A stretch of DNA of 64,000 nt from Bugula neritina (Eukaryota; Animalia; Bryozoa): the NCBI GenBank assembly GCA_964035545.1, contig OZ037768.1, positions 6,728,741-6,792,740 on the forward strand, read 5' to 3'. The translations under genes were made by a program, and so were the position numbers. Shown in pieces: positions 13,601 to 25,933 of the stretch (position 1 is its first letter; each line of letters begins with the position of its first letter). The notes under the pieces were generated by a model. It was not told the origin of the DNA. It did no database searches and saw nothing but the letters and a program-made list of their open reading frames with translations.

Positions 13601-15138
13601 CTTCTCATAGGGATAGTGACTATAAACTCAGACAAGTGAGTTCTTTTAAGCATCACAACTGTTAGCTCGCCACGGCATTTATTTGGTGGCCAAAAAATTT
13701 CTTTTAAGGAATTGGTCTAGATATATATTCAACTGAATGCATTATCACCTTGACCTAGACTGTGCTGTTGGAGCTGCCGAACTGGAATAAGACTCTGGAA
13801 CTGGAACAACGTCATCTTCATCTGAGTCCGATTTCCTACGTGCAGCCGGTGCCCGGCTTACAGAAGCAGGACTAGCTGCTGGTTCAGCTGCAGGCACTTC
13901 GACTGCAGCTGAACCATCATTCTCAAAGTAAGTGGATAAAGCAACCTGCCAGAAGAACAATACATAATAATTTTCGCTCAGTTGCAAGACATTTTAAATG
14001 ACATTCTACATTTTGAGGAAATATAATAGAAAATGCCACAAATTACTGTATATTCGTTTTCAACTTTTAACAATACATATAAATATTGACAAAGCAATAT
14101 GAATACTATACTACCAAGATAATGGAAACTGAATTGATAAATTATATATTTATTAAATTTTGAAGTAGCTGCTTTTCAATAATGAAAATTAATAAACATA
14201 ACTACAAGTATAACTGTTAGTATTATATTTCTATTACCATTTTTGAATTATCTGAATTATTTATATTAGAAAATTCAATAAATACTTAAAGTTGATCTTA
14301 TATTAGTTTATTCCCTTTCAATTATCAAGAAACTTCCAAATACATGTCATTTCATAATAATAAAGTAGCTTTTTCATATTAAAATAATTTATTTTTAATA
14401 ACAATTATAATGATACTATTACTAATTACAATTAATGCATTATTATTATAATTATAAAAGTAAGAAAAAAATATTAAGCACTAGTAATAAACTTAAGTAT
14501 TAGTAATAAAGTTTTACTATTAGTACTAGTACAACTAGGTATTACTATAACTATAAGTATTACTATTAATAAATGTGTAATATTACTATAACTATTAGTA
14601 TTACTATAAATATAAAATTAATTATAATTTTACATACAACATGAATATTACTAATACTTTGTCTATTCACTATTGTCTATTGGTATAGCTATAACTTGAT
14701 TATAGTTATAAGTATTGCTATTAGTATTAATATTAGTATAACTAATACTATGAGTATAAGTAGAACATAAACATTTAGTTAAACAATAGTCAAATTCAAA
14801 CTGAAACTCAAAGTCAATGAATTACAATTACTATTAGAAATAATTATAAGATTAACTTTAAGTATCCTTACTAGTTACTAGTAGTAGTACCAGTATAACT
14901 TGACTATAATAATTTGAATGATAACAGCTTTATATTTACAAACTCTAAGCCTAAAAGTTATCGAGTAACATAAATACTCGCACATACTATAAATTCAACG
15001 TACTAGTACAGATTATTACTCAGTTAAACTTACTCCTACATCCCATTCAGCTGCTCTTAAAAAGAATTCTGCCCTTTCAGGATCTGCACCCGATATTGAG
15101 CAAAATTCAATTACTTTTTGGTTGTTTTCCTCGTTCAT
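7618..15138 (-). CDS. NSFL1C: NSFL1 cofactor p47 (UBA-SEP-UBX adaptor of p97/VCP), 400 aa
   Basis: Exons 15034-15138, 13749-13945, 13142-13258, 12522-12605, 10863-11004, 10051-10160, 9586-9739, 9205-9308, 7618-7807 (1203 nt, all GT-AG, phases consistent). UBA-like FCSISGADPERAEFFLRAAEWDV; YYAGGSDTSGQQILGPP; SEP domain LRLWKTGFTVND...RRGEIPDEL; SHP box FSGAGQTLGS; UBX domain [25 protein letters not shown]...LLNAAIMQKL. Confidence 0.95.
9381..9525. repeat. 20-bp minisatellite, 7 copies, in NSFL1C intron 7
   Basis: Unit tctgtacagagtactcgaag with few substitutions. Confidence 0.9.
13428..13646 (+). mobile_element. tRNA-derived SINE in NSFL1C intron 2
   Basis: A-box-like head gcagccatggtgtagtggttaa; body gttaggaagagcctccaggaataattgctcctgtg...ccttttcatcag...gactataaact shared with 45149-45349; 11-bp direct repeat taagcatcaca at 13417-13427 and 13647-13657. 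Confidence 0.7.
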
Positions 15139-15364
15139 ATTATAAATCTGAGTTGTCTACTGCTTGCAATTTAGTTTAGAGTTACAGGAGTTTGCTGTAG
15201 GAATGTATTTAATGTTTTAACCAATTTCAACAACAAAAATTCAAGTAGAGTTGTTCTTATTCCGTACTCTTTCAACTTTTTCCTAATCACTGGAGCGAAT
15301 TCTCTTCTGTGCTTTTTCAACTGAGAGTTTTGTTGATTTTGTCAAAGGGTTAAAGTTCAATAGG

Positions 15365-16133
15365 TCACCGGCTTTCCATGTACCGATCTCATATCGATCT
15401 CAGCGAGATCGATCCATGGAAAGACGCCAAAGATCGATCTCCGTCGATCTGAGCTGGTCGGTCTGTGGAGCTCGAACTCAGATCGATCTCATGTCAATAA
15501 GACCATGGAAAGACGCCAGATCGATCTGAGAAGTAGAAAAAGACTGCGCGCTACAATGTTGTCTGCTAATAAAAATGATAACTTATTGATAATTATTAAG
15601 CAAAGTATTAAATAATTATGATAGCCACCTTTTCAGATGCCAAAACTTTGACTTTCAGTACAATGATTAAGAAAACTCAATTATATGCAGTAGAAGATGA
15701 AAAAATGGGAGAATTTAAATTGAATTTAAATGACTATTAAAACTTAGTTTCATTAGCTATTTTCTTTGTAATTTTAAGCCTAACAGTCCTGTAAGTTTAT
15801 TAATAATCTGCAAGACAGCCATTAATTTTATATAAGCTGTCAAGCTAAAAAATTATCCTTAATTATTTTAAATTGGCCAAATTACTATACACTGAAAGCT
15901 TTGCTGCGTATAGTTTATAGCTGGAATTAAATTTTAGACTACAACCATCTTGTTTTCAACAGTAGAAGCTCAAATAGGTGAACAAATTATACTTTTAAAG
16001 TATCCTTCACTTAAGAGGGGGCAACTTCGCGAGATCGATCTGACACTCTCATGGAAAAACGATCGATCTGAGCACATTTTTCAGATCGATCTCAGCAAGA
16101 TCGATCTGAGATCGGTACATGGAAAGCCCGTGA
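15365..16133. mobile_element. Non-autonomous DNA transposon (MITE, possibly PIF/Harbinger-like), about 770 bp
   Basis: About 50-bp terminal inverted repeats (tcaccggctttccatgtaccgatctcatatcgatct... / ...agatcgatctgagatcggtacatggaaagcccgtga), subterminal GATCGATC and ccatggaaagacgcca repeats, AT-rich non-coding core. No exact target-site duplication found; superfamily is tentative. Confidence 0.8.
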
Positions 16134-19100
16134 TTCTGTAACTTCGTTGTATTATAATAATTGTCTAATTACTGTAAATCCCTGAAGTATGCGCGCAATA
16201 TACTGGCGGGCTTTGCACAAATACCTTATTGTACCTCGCTGCTCACAAGTTCCTATCATATTTTTAATTATTATTTGCTTCCAACTCCAAGTGTTATACT
16301 CTTATTCAACCTTTTCCTACTTCCTAAAAAAAAAGAAAAGTCCAATTATGACTACTAGCTGTGGATATCTTGTTACATTTACTAAGTTATGTTCTTATAT
16401 TTTTCCATATATACTTAAGTCTCATATTTATTTGACTAAAAATATTTCTACGTGCTATTTATACCTGAGTACACAATATTTTACTAATGATATGCAATTG
16501 ATTGAGATGAAAGTTGTGCTCTCTTTAGTCTCCTGTAGTTGTTTACAGATGTTATAAAATGCACTGGCTGACCCATAATAAGTAACAGCCAGGGTGAAGT
16601 AACTGTAGATGGTTTTTCATTTGCTGTTTCATTATAGTAACCTGAGAAGTTGAATGCAAATTTACAATGAGTGAGATGTAGCAAATCACTCTAAACATTG
16701 AGCAAGAAATTACAAGCCCTGGCTAACTGCAAACATCTACTTGTCTGCATCTAACAGATCTTAAAGAGGCTGAGAAAGGAAAAAGTAAAACTGTTTAATC
16801 ATTAACAAACAACTATGCATTGATGAATTTCTTGTCACTTGTCACTCTGAGTTGATGATTCTATGTTATGTAGAAGAGTTTGTCAAACTAAGTTTCAAAC
16901 AAGACAAAATAAACCACATGTTTATACTTCTTCAATGCCTTGTTTGAATTTAGACTGCTATAAATATTATATTTCCTTTTCTTTTCTTGAAAGGTTGTGC
17001 CAAGTATATTGCTAAGATGTGACAAAAAAGGATGCAGGTATGCTGCCCAAAGTTACAAATAGCAAAAATTCTTAATTGATATTATTGAGTCTACTTTATT
17101 TTCTACTATTGAAATATTGCACAATTAGGTAATAACTGATACACATAGAAAAATTTGGTGATTCATTATATATGTTTTGGTTTCAAACTTTCACAGAAAT
17201 ACTGTAGTATGTGATTTATATTTTTCAATACCCCCGGAGCAGCCATGGCTACATCTTCTGTGTGTAGATGATGAATTACATTCTGGTAATTCTAGCACTA
17301 TATGCCTTGCAATGACAGCATAAATGTATTAAAATGCAAAGATTTTAGATTTGTTTGATGGCAATTTTTGGTGAAATAAAGTAGGAAATAGTGTATGACG
17401 TATCACAGACGTCTTAACTATGTCAAAGGGGTTGCAGAATTACAATTGCATCAACTTTAAAATAGCTTTGTCTGCCAATGTGAAAAAAGTAGCTTGAACA
17501 GACTTCAAATTTACAATATAAAATATTCATGAAATCTAAAAATTGTACATTTTACATTGATACAGCTTAGCTTTATTTATAAAATTCCAACCGCCATTAA
17601 TATGTTGAATGCATTATGCACACGCAGCTAAATAATCCAGCTTATAAAACTGCATTCCAAAACTTGAATGTAACTTGTTTGATGGTAAATTTATTAAAGT
17701 GATATTCTATGCTAGTGACATAATATATTATATATGAAAACATTTACAGTGAAGTATCGCGGCAATTGTATAATTTTTACTGTATTAGTGGTGATGTACA
17801 TATATTCATATGTTTATATGTCAGTTTTATATGTGAATAGACTCTTGTTTATAATAATATATTAATATATACACATATATTAATGTCATTTACTTGCATA
17901 AATTATGTAAAAGTGATCATTATTGATGCTTAATTTTTATTTAATATACAATAGATGTTACATGTCTCAAAACGCTTTGGCACATTACAATAACAAAGAA
18001 ATCTATCATTTCTTGTAGTTTATGTGAGACATATTGCAATCATTGCATGAAATAAAAATATCTTATTATGAAAGAGAAACATATAATAATATTTTTTATA
18101 AACTCTGTGGACAGCTTATGGATATCCAATAAAACGCTATACATGCTTTAAAAAAATTGATTTTCTTGTTCATAGTGTAAGTTTAAAATTAAGCAGCCAG
18201 TGTCACTTGGCATCTGTTTTAAAGGTTATTTGTTATTTTTTTCTAAACAAAAATTGAAAACATTATTTTTTTAAATATAAAACATATAATATCATATTAA
18301 GACTGCTTTTTATGGAATTGGTTACATTCATGAGTAGTAAAGAATTTTGATAGTCAACATAAGTTTATATGGTAATTTTTATCAATGAAACACTTTAAGC
18401 TGCAAAATATATTTTCATTTGATTTATGTACAATGATAAGGTAGCAGCACAGCAATAGTATATTGAAAATTCCTGAATTTGTGAACTATATACATGACGC
18501 GTTATGCGTTGCCATGACAAACATGCAAGAGCGAGAGTCTATAGCATAAGTTCTTGAAATTTAAAGGAGAATTTTAAGCATCGCCGCGTCAAAGGTTAGT
18601 TAAGTAAGTATTCAAAGATCAATAGCATTATGGGCGTGAATGACCCAGATTCTCCTATTGCTATTAGTACCACATAACAACTGGGTTTTTAGTCTTCAAA
18701 TTAAATATCATTAAAGTTGAGGGACTTGTTGGCAGATTGCTTTTAGTTTTTGCACCCACTTACAATTTACCAGTTTAACTGAATCTATTATAATAGATGC
18801 TTCATAATCAGTCTATATACGGCAATAATATTAGATGAGTTAGTGTGACACACTGACCATCTGAATCTCAAAGTCAAAGTCAATCTCAATCTGCACCAGT
18901 AACTAAAACTAAAAGTAGTTTATTATTTAAATTAGAAATATGAATCAATTTAAAACGTTGAAAATCACGATGAAGATAATCATAATCATAATCATAATGA
19001 TTAGTGACAATTAGTAACAAAGTCAAAATTTTAAACTCAAACTGCATGTTTATTATTAATTATATTTTAAGTTGACAACTAAATAAAATCTAAAAGTAAA

Positions 19101-19488
19101 TAAATCAGTTATACATATTCATATTGTTAAATATAAATTAAATATGAATCGTTAGCATTGTGATTATGCATAATCATTATGATTATAACACTAATATTTA
19201 ATATTTTGTTATATGACTAATTAGGCTTGTTTTAATAAATGTTTTTTGCAGCATGTTGTATTATTTTATTCGAATACTTATTAGTTATTAGGAAACATTG
19301 AATTAGATGATACCTCTTTTGTGTAATTCAATTGCTATGATATTAAATATTTCAAGTTATATTTGGCAGCCGAGATTAGTTTTAAAAAGACAGCATCTAA
19401 TGATATGTAACTCAAGTTGTGCTATATGATAGCCTACAACTGGTAAATAATTTCAGTTACATTTTTGAGTAATTTTCCTATATAGAAA

Positions 19489-22400
19489 ATGCCGAAGTTC
19501 AGCAAGACTGCTCCATCAGACAGCCATGTTGTTACTGAAGATCGATTCAAAATTCTTCCAGTTACAAGCAGAATCTCTATTAGAGACTTTGTGGCTAAAC
19601 ATGGAATCACTTTTGCTCCTGGCAGAGGTAAGCCTCACAGATTTTTTCCCCACACATGTGTACAAGCTCACAGTATAAGCAACAAGATATATAAGTTTTT
19701 GTTAAAATACAATAGTAATAGTAAATACTGCAAATGACAGTTGTTTAGCTGCTATATTACTAAAAAATTGTGGTTATAATTAGCTGATACAAAAAGATTA
19801 TTTATTATGTAAAAAAGATATATTGTGAAACAGGATTGCTGATAAAGTTCGATAAAGTAGTAGCAATCTATATTTTGTTTTTTACAAGTTTCAGCAATAA
19901 ATGTCTTCAAACTTCTAAAGCACAGTGATTTCTTGATCTCTGACAACAACAGTAATATAAGCGAAGCTTACTTATTGATTATTGACAAACACGAACTTCT
20001 TCTATAATAATACTTATTGTATTGTGTTATATAATATTGATTCAACGATGTATTTATTTTGTAATGCCAAATTAGAATGGAATTCATTAGAAAAGGAACA
20101 AGAATTTGTAATATTAATAAAACCAGCTTTTAGGGATGAGCAAGAAAGTTAAGCCGTTTCTCAATTTTGCAAACATTTTTGAAAATATTTACTAATCGAA
20201 GTATATATCCTAATTTTATTATGAAAATGTATTGCTTTAAACCAACACTACTTTTTGAAACAATTATTTTTTACTAATTATTGATTTTTAGAAGTTATTA
20301 AAGTATGGTTGTCAATGAAACTGTCATGCTAGCCTCATGCTATGCAATTCAAAAACTGTTAATTACAGATTTCTTCAGTTGCCAGTTTTAAGATATATGA
20401 AGGCTGTTGCACTGATGATACTATTTTTTAACTACCTGCTTTTTTTCTGCAGGCTTTTACCAACTTACTAAACCTGAGACCATCCAAGCTTACAAGGAGA
20501 TAGTTGCTGTGAGAGTGAGTGATGGAGCAAAGGTATGTATGCCATGCTGGCAATACTCTTTCACTTGTTTCACGGTACTACAACTATTTATAATAATAAA
20601 CTAAAGAATTTTGGTGCAGAAAGTAGTGTTTTTAAATTATTTGCAGGTAACTGGAGATGCTGTGAGAGATCTGTTGAAGATTCCTGATGGAGCTGCTAAG
20701 TTTAAGTACACTCAGGTGGATGACTTTGAAGTGTATGTGCAGAGTACATCATATAACAGAGTTCTAATGCCCGACACCAAGTTTCTATATGAAGTCACAC
20801 CTGGCGCTAGAGGTAGTAAATGTTGAATTTACATGGTTTGCTGTTATTGTGGCCATAAAACTTGCAATTAATCTCAAGCAGGTGTTTTATTCATTGTATT
20901 CTAAAGTATTACCTACTTTTTAGTAGATAAAAGCACTACTAGGATAAAAATTATGCTATTGTCTTAAGAGTGCACTGTTGTAATTTTAATTTATTGCTTC
21001 TGCACTTTTTTTGAACAAAAGACCTCTACAAAAACAGGCTTGTAGCTATGCAATGTTAATGCAACACCCTAAATGGTTTTTATGTAGGAGTATTTTCTCC
21101 TAAGAAAAGGAAAGTTGTCCTCAATGAGAAAAGAGGCACGGCACCTCCTCCTACCGTACCAGGCTCACCGATTGATCTCGTTTTCTCATTTGATACCACT
21201 GGCTCAATGTATTCTTGTCTGGATGAAGTGAGAAAGAATCTAACAACAATGATTGAGCGTATTCTCAAAGATATTCCTAACATACGTATTGCTGTATGTG
21301 TTTTTTTATTTGAATGAGACACTTCTATTTTGCAGATATGGTAGCAGAATGTTTTTTTTCTTTATAAAAAGTTTTTTTTTTGGAAAATTTTCGAAGTTTA
21401 TGAGACTGTTATTGTAAAGAGCCATTATGGTAGGGTATGTTAATGATATTTTTTAAAAAAATGTTTACTGAGTATTTGTGCCATTTATGTTTAGGTGTTT
21501 GCGCATGGGGATTATTGTGATAAAGACTCATCATATGTGACGAAGTTCATTGATTTTACGCAAGATACGAAGAAATTGGTTAGTTTTGTAAAGAATGTTA
21601 AAGGTACTGGAGGTGGTGATTTTGAAGAATGCTATGAGCTCGTCCTTCAGCAAGCCCGAACAGACCTCTCCTGGACTCCAGGTTTACTTATATCTTTTGT
21701 TGAACTATTATAATAAGCCAAACTTACTGTTGTTTCAGTTTTCTATTGTTTTTTTTTATTTACTTACAAGTGCTGTACTTTCTCACAGGAAGTCAAAGGG
21801 CAATGGTTATGATTGGTGACGCCATCCCGCATACAGTTTCTGACTACAAGCATATTATGTCTAACTACAAGTTTGTCAAGTCAGTTGTAGATTGGAGGAA
21901 AGAGTCGGATGAGCTCATTGGCATTGTAAGATTTTATTATAAAAATGTTGTGTCACTCATGTATTCATGTTCTCTTATTGTTAGCTCTGCAATGGGATTT
22001 TGCAGCTGATTTTCTGTTTACATGTTTCAGGGTTGTCGTGTTTATGCGGTCCAATGTAGTCCTGGTGGGTACCAGGAAAATGAATGTGCGAAGTTTTGGC
22101 AAGGTTTAGCTTTCAAAACTTATGGGCACCACCTGGAACTCAGTAACTTTAGCAATGTGTTTGATTTCATAATGGCCATTGCGTATAAGGAGCAAGGTGC
22201 TGAACAGTTTGAGGTTTGTGAACTGATAAACATTTATTATAACATTATAATATTTAATTTAAGAATGTTTTTATTTTCCTTGTCATGTTTCTACCCAAAT
22301 CATAAGATATATTAAAATAATAATGAATTGAAAATATTAACACAGTATAAGTAATAATTTAAAGAAAACTTATTTTAAGGATTAATGATTAGTAAAATAA

Positions 22401-23414
22401 GCTGAGAATTTCTAGTTTTAAAGATTATTTTTATAGATATTAGTAAGCAGTAAGAATTCTACCATTTTGCTTCTCTCACTAACAGCATTTAGTTACTAGT
22501 GGTTGTTTTATTCTTGTATAACATAGTGTCGTTTTAGTGACATGTAACTCTACGTAGGACTAGATTAAAATATAACCTAAAGCATTGTAATATATGGCGG
22601 TATATAATGTATATGAAGGCTTATCGCCAAGAGGTCATCAAAAGAACTCCAGGTGGTGAAGGAATGAATGCAGATCTGCATGCCTTATTCAATAGCCTTG
22701 CTGGTGATGACGACGATGATGACGGCCCTGCTGGTGCGGTGGCTGGGCCTTCTACTGCTACTGATCTATTTGCTGCAGCAGGTTGGAGTTCATAAATTAA
22801 TAAATAATTCTAATTTGTAACTAGTTGGTGTTTATATTAGTACATTTACATTAGACCCTTTAGTTACATTCATGAATTTAAACTGTAGTAATATTCACAA
22901 TCTAGTGTTTAGGATTAATGTTTTAATAATCCAATACAACTTAAAGCCTGTTGATCTCTGTTTATAATTTTATTTTTCAGTTCCTGTTACACCAGCTGGA
23001 AGTAAACGGAAAGCTGCTCCTGCTATTAGTACTGCATCTAAGAAAGTGAAACTTGCAGCAAAGAAAGCACCTGCTAAAAAAACGCCTGCTAAGAAGGCAC
23101 CTGCTAAGAAGGCACCTGCTAAGAAAGCACCTGCTAAAAAAGCACCTGCTAAGAAGGTACCTGCTAAAAAAGCACCTGCTAAGAAGGCACCAGCTAAGAG
23201 GGCACCAGCTAAGAAGACACCTGCTAAGAAAACACCTGTCAAGAAAGCACCTGCCAAAAAAGCACCTGCCAAGAAGGCACTTGCCAAGAAGGCACCCGCT
23301 AAGAAGACACCTGTTAAGAAGGCACCTGCAAAAAAGGCACCTGCCAAGAGGGTGCCTGTTAAGAAGACACCTGTCAAGAAGGCATCAGCTAAAAAAGTAG
23401 CTAGCAAAAAGTAA
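19489..23414 (+). CDS. Uncharacterised vWA-domain protein with NLSs and a histone H1-like (PAKK)n tail, 564 aa
   Basis: Coding exons 19489-19627, 20453-20532, 20647-20812, 21088-21293, 21495-21681, 21789-21925, 22031-22213, 22619-22781, 22981-23414 (1695 nt, open frame, GT-AG). vWA motifs [50 protein letters not shown] overlaps the stop codon (23413-23418). Confidence 0.88.
23058..23411 (+). repeat. Coding 15-bp tandem repeat, about 23 units of (A/T/V)P(A/V)KK
   Basis: Unit aagaaggcacctgct, varying mostly at synonymous positions, within the last exon of the vWA gene. Confidence 0.9.
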
Positions 23415-24553
23415 TAAAAGTACAATATTTATATCTTGGAGCATGTAGCAATTTTGATGTGTACTTCAATATGCTTAGATTCTATTTATGCTTTAAGCTT
23501 TGATAATATTATTCTATTTTGGGGTGATTCAAAGCAACTACTGCTATACAACACCAGTAATTTATTAACTATTTGGATCTAGATTTTACAATATTTATTC
23601 TAATCAAACAATGTTGTGGTATATTTAGATACACTTTATTTTTACCTACAATTGTTTTCAATGTGATGAAAAATAAGTTTTATAAAAATCAAACTTTTTG
23701 TTTATTGATTTGCTATAATTCTGTACTTTATATTTTTACTTGTAGTTTATTTTCCAAGAACTGTGAAATATGTTAAATTTGCACCTTTTTCTATGACTGT
23801 AGCGCTACAGATTTTTTTTCATAGCAATTTGTTCTATGTGAATATTTACATCTGTTAGCCTTGCCTTATTGAGTTTGTACTGTAGTGATAGTAAATAAAA
23901 TATGAGGTTAATTCAATACCATCAACTTTTTATTGCTTTTTATTGTACATCCAGCTAGCATCTATCTCAATACTGCTGGGCTGTATTTACTATTTAGAAT
24001 GTAATACAGGACAGTTTAAGGGTCATCTCCATAATTAAACCCCAAAATAATCATCTAGTCATGGAAAAGTGGGAATTTAAGTGCAAAATCTGTCAAAGAT
24101 GAGAAGTCAAAATTTAGTAAAAATGGTCATGTTGTGTGTTCTTAGTACTACAACTTTTGAAACATTGCTGGTGAAAAACTTGTTAACATTATTTTTCATT
24201 CAATTATTTCCAGTCAGCACAAATATGAATAATATAATATATATACCAGGACTGTTTTATGATGAAAGCTTTATTAATATTTTATTAAAAAAATAAACGT
24301 ATACTTGTAGATTATTTATGATTCTTCCAAGTACCATCAAAGTGAAAATAAATAAAAAATATCAAAATTTACATGTATATAATGGAATAAGCTGAATACA
24401 ACAGATATAACCAGCAGAGACACATCTACATATTATAATGACACAACTGAATTCCATTATAGAGTAGGCATAGCAAATAATAGGTACGGCGAAAAATTGT
24501 CTGCCATAAATAAACTAAAACAATACTTTATAATTAGGAGTCGGCCTGTAATA

Positions 24554-25933
24554 TTAACAATAAGGTTCGGTGTCTATGAATTGCATTGTCTTTGTCAATT
24601 CTTTCTGAGCAGTTAATGAGACGGTTTGTGCAGTCTTTGCCAATTCTTCCATTTCAGACTTGATATTAGAGATTGCCCATTCCATTGCTTGTCGGCCCTA
24701 CAAGGTGTTAAAAGTTGACACTAATTTTCGAAACTGAGATTTTACTCCAGTGAGCAACAACTATTGGCAAAAAACACAGCCAATGTATACAATGTAATAG
24801 ACTAAGTACCTTGCCGGCATTGTTGTCTATATTTCCCACAACTACTCCCTCAAGGTATCCACTCAGAGGAAGTCCTTTCACGTTTATTGAAGCTTCCTGT
24901 TTCAACAGTGTGCTGAAATGTAAATCTAAGTAGTTTCAGCAAAACCCAATAAACTGATACGGGCATAAATTATGTAAAGTGCAATACATTGGGTATTGGT
25001 CATATCATGAAATAAACAACTAAATATAAAACTTTTCCTTTGTAGAGTTAGGCCAAATTGACAATTCAGTTAAAAATTCGATAAAGTCAAGATACAATGT
25101 GACATCACATATACTCACTGGTTTTTGTTTGAGGGATGTGGACTGTAAACTAACGTTTCATCTATAGATAAGTAATCGTGAAGCGTAAGCTAAAAAGACA
25201 TTTATATAATATAATTCTCAATAAAAGAGTATGAAAAATTACCAAAGAGTGGATAAATCTATAGGTCATTACACGGGGTTTAATGCTACATGAAATTTGT
25301 TGAAATAGATAAGTAATAAAGAACCCCATTCAAAATGATACAATATTCGTTTAGTTTATTCATATTCTAGAAAAGATATTGCACTTACATTAGTTGTTCT
25401 GAGCTCTAACGTTTTACTTTTTGGATCTACCAAAGAAACTTCACTGCCAAAACACGTAGCATCTGTGCCCAGCATCTGCACATATTAACAAAAACATTTA
25501 AAATTGGTGCATTCAATAAAATAAATTTGGCTTACAACTTCCTAAACATGGTGGTAGGACTAAACCAAACTTCAATATTGCCAACAGTATCCAAATGTAT
25601 GTTAAGGGCACTTGCCGAGCATTGCTTACAGTGTGCACCCAAGATGGCAAAGACCATTTGGTAATCAGAAGTCTGTGTGACTCCAATCTTCCACGGCTGT
25701 CTATAGATCGGTTTAGCACATCTATACCAGTCACACCTGGGTTCATAGGATTAGGATATTTTCTCCATGCTGCTTTAGCCACAGTCTCCCATGGATGTCT
25801 AAACATTATCAAAACTACTAATATACAACTTGCTACGCTACTTTAAATGATTAAAAATAAGAAGTTACATTTTAAAATACTGAGAGGTACAATGAACATA
25901 CTCAAACGTGTGTTCTGATGTCCAAAGCTTCAT
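24554..25933 (-). CDS. PRELID3B: PRELI domain-containing protein 3 (slowmo/SLMO2 homolog, mitochondrial lipid transfer), 201 aa
   Basis: Exons 25902-25933, 25630-25798, 25389-25475, 25119-25189, 24810-24912, 24554-24697 (606 nt). [38 protein letters not shown]...[21 protein letters not shown]...[13 protein letters not shown] is the PRELID3/slowmo signature. The vertebrate A/B paralog distinction probably does not apply here. Confidence 0.93.

Noticed and set aside
23046-23414. Stand-alone histone H1 or protamine-like gene
   Set aside because: No H1 globular domain and no ATG; a strong acceptor at 22980 links it in phase to the vWA exons.
22970-23425. 151-aa antisense ORF (FLAGA repeats) and 115-aa alternative-frame ORF (RRHLL repeats)
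   Set aside because: Both are shadows of the 15-bp PAKK coding repeat; only the PAKK frame joins the upstream exons in phase.
604-25933. Functional cluster of two START-like-fold lipid-transfer genes (START gene and PRELID3)
   Set aside because: Separated by two unrelated genes with no sequence similarity; coincidence is sufficient without synteny data.
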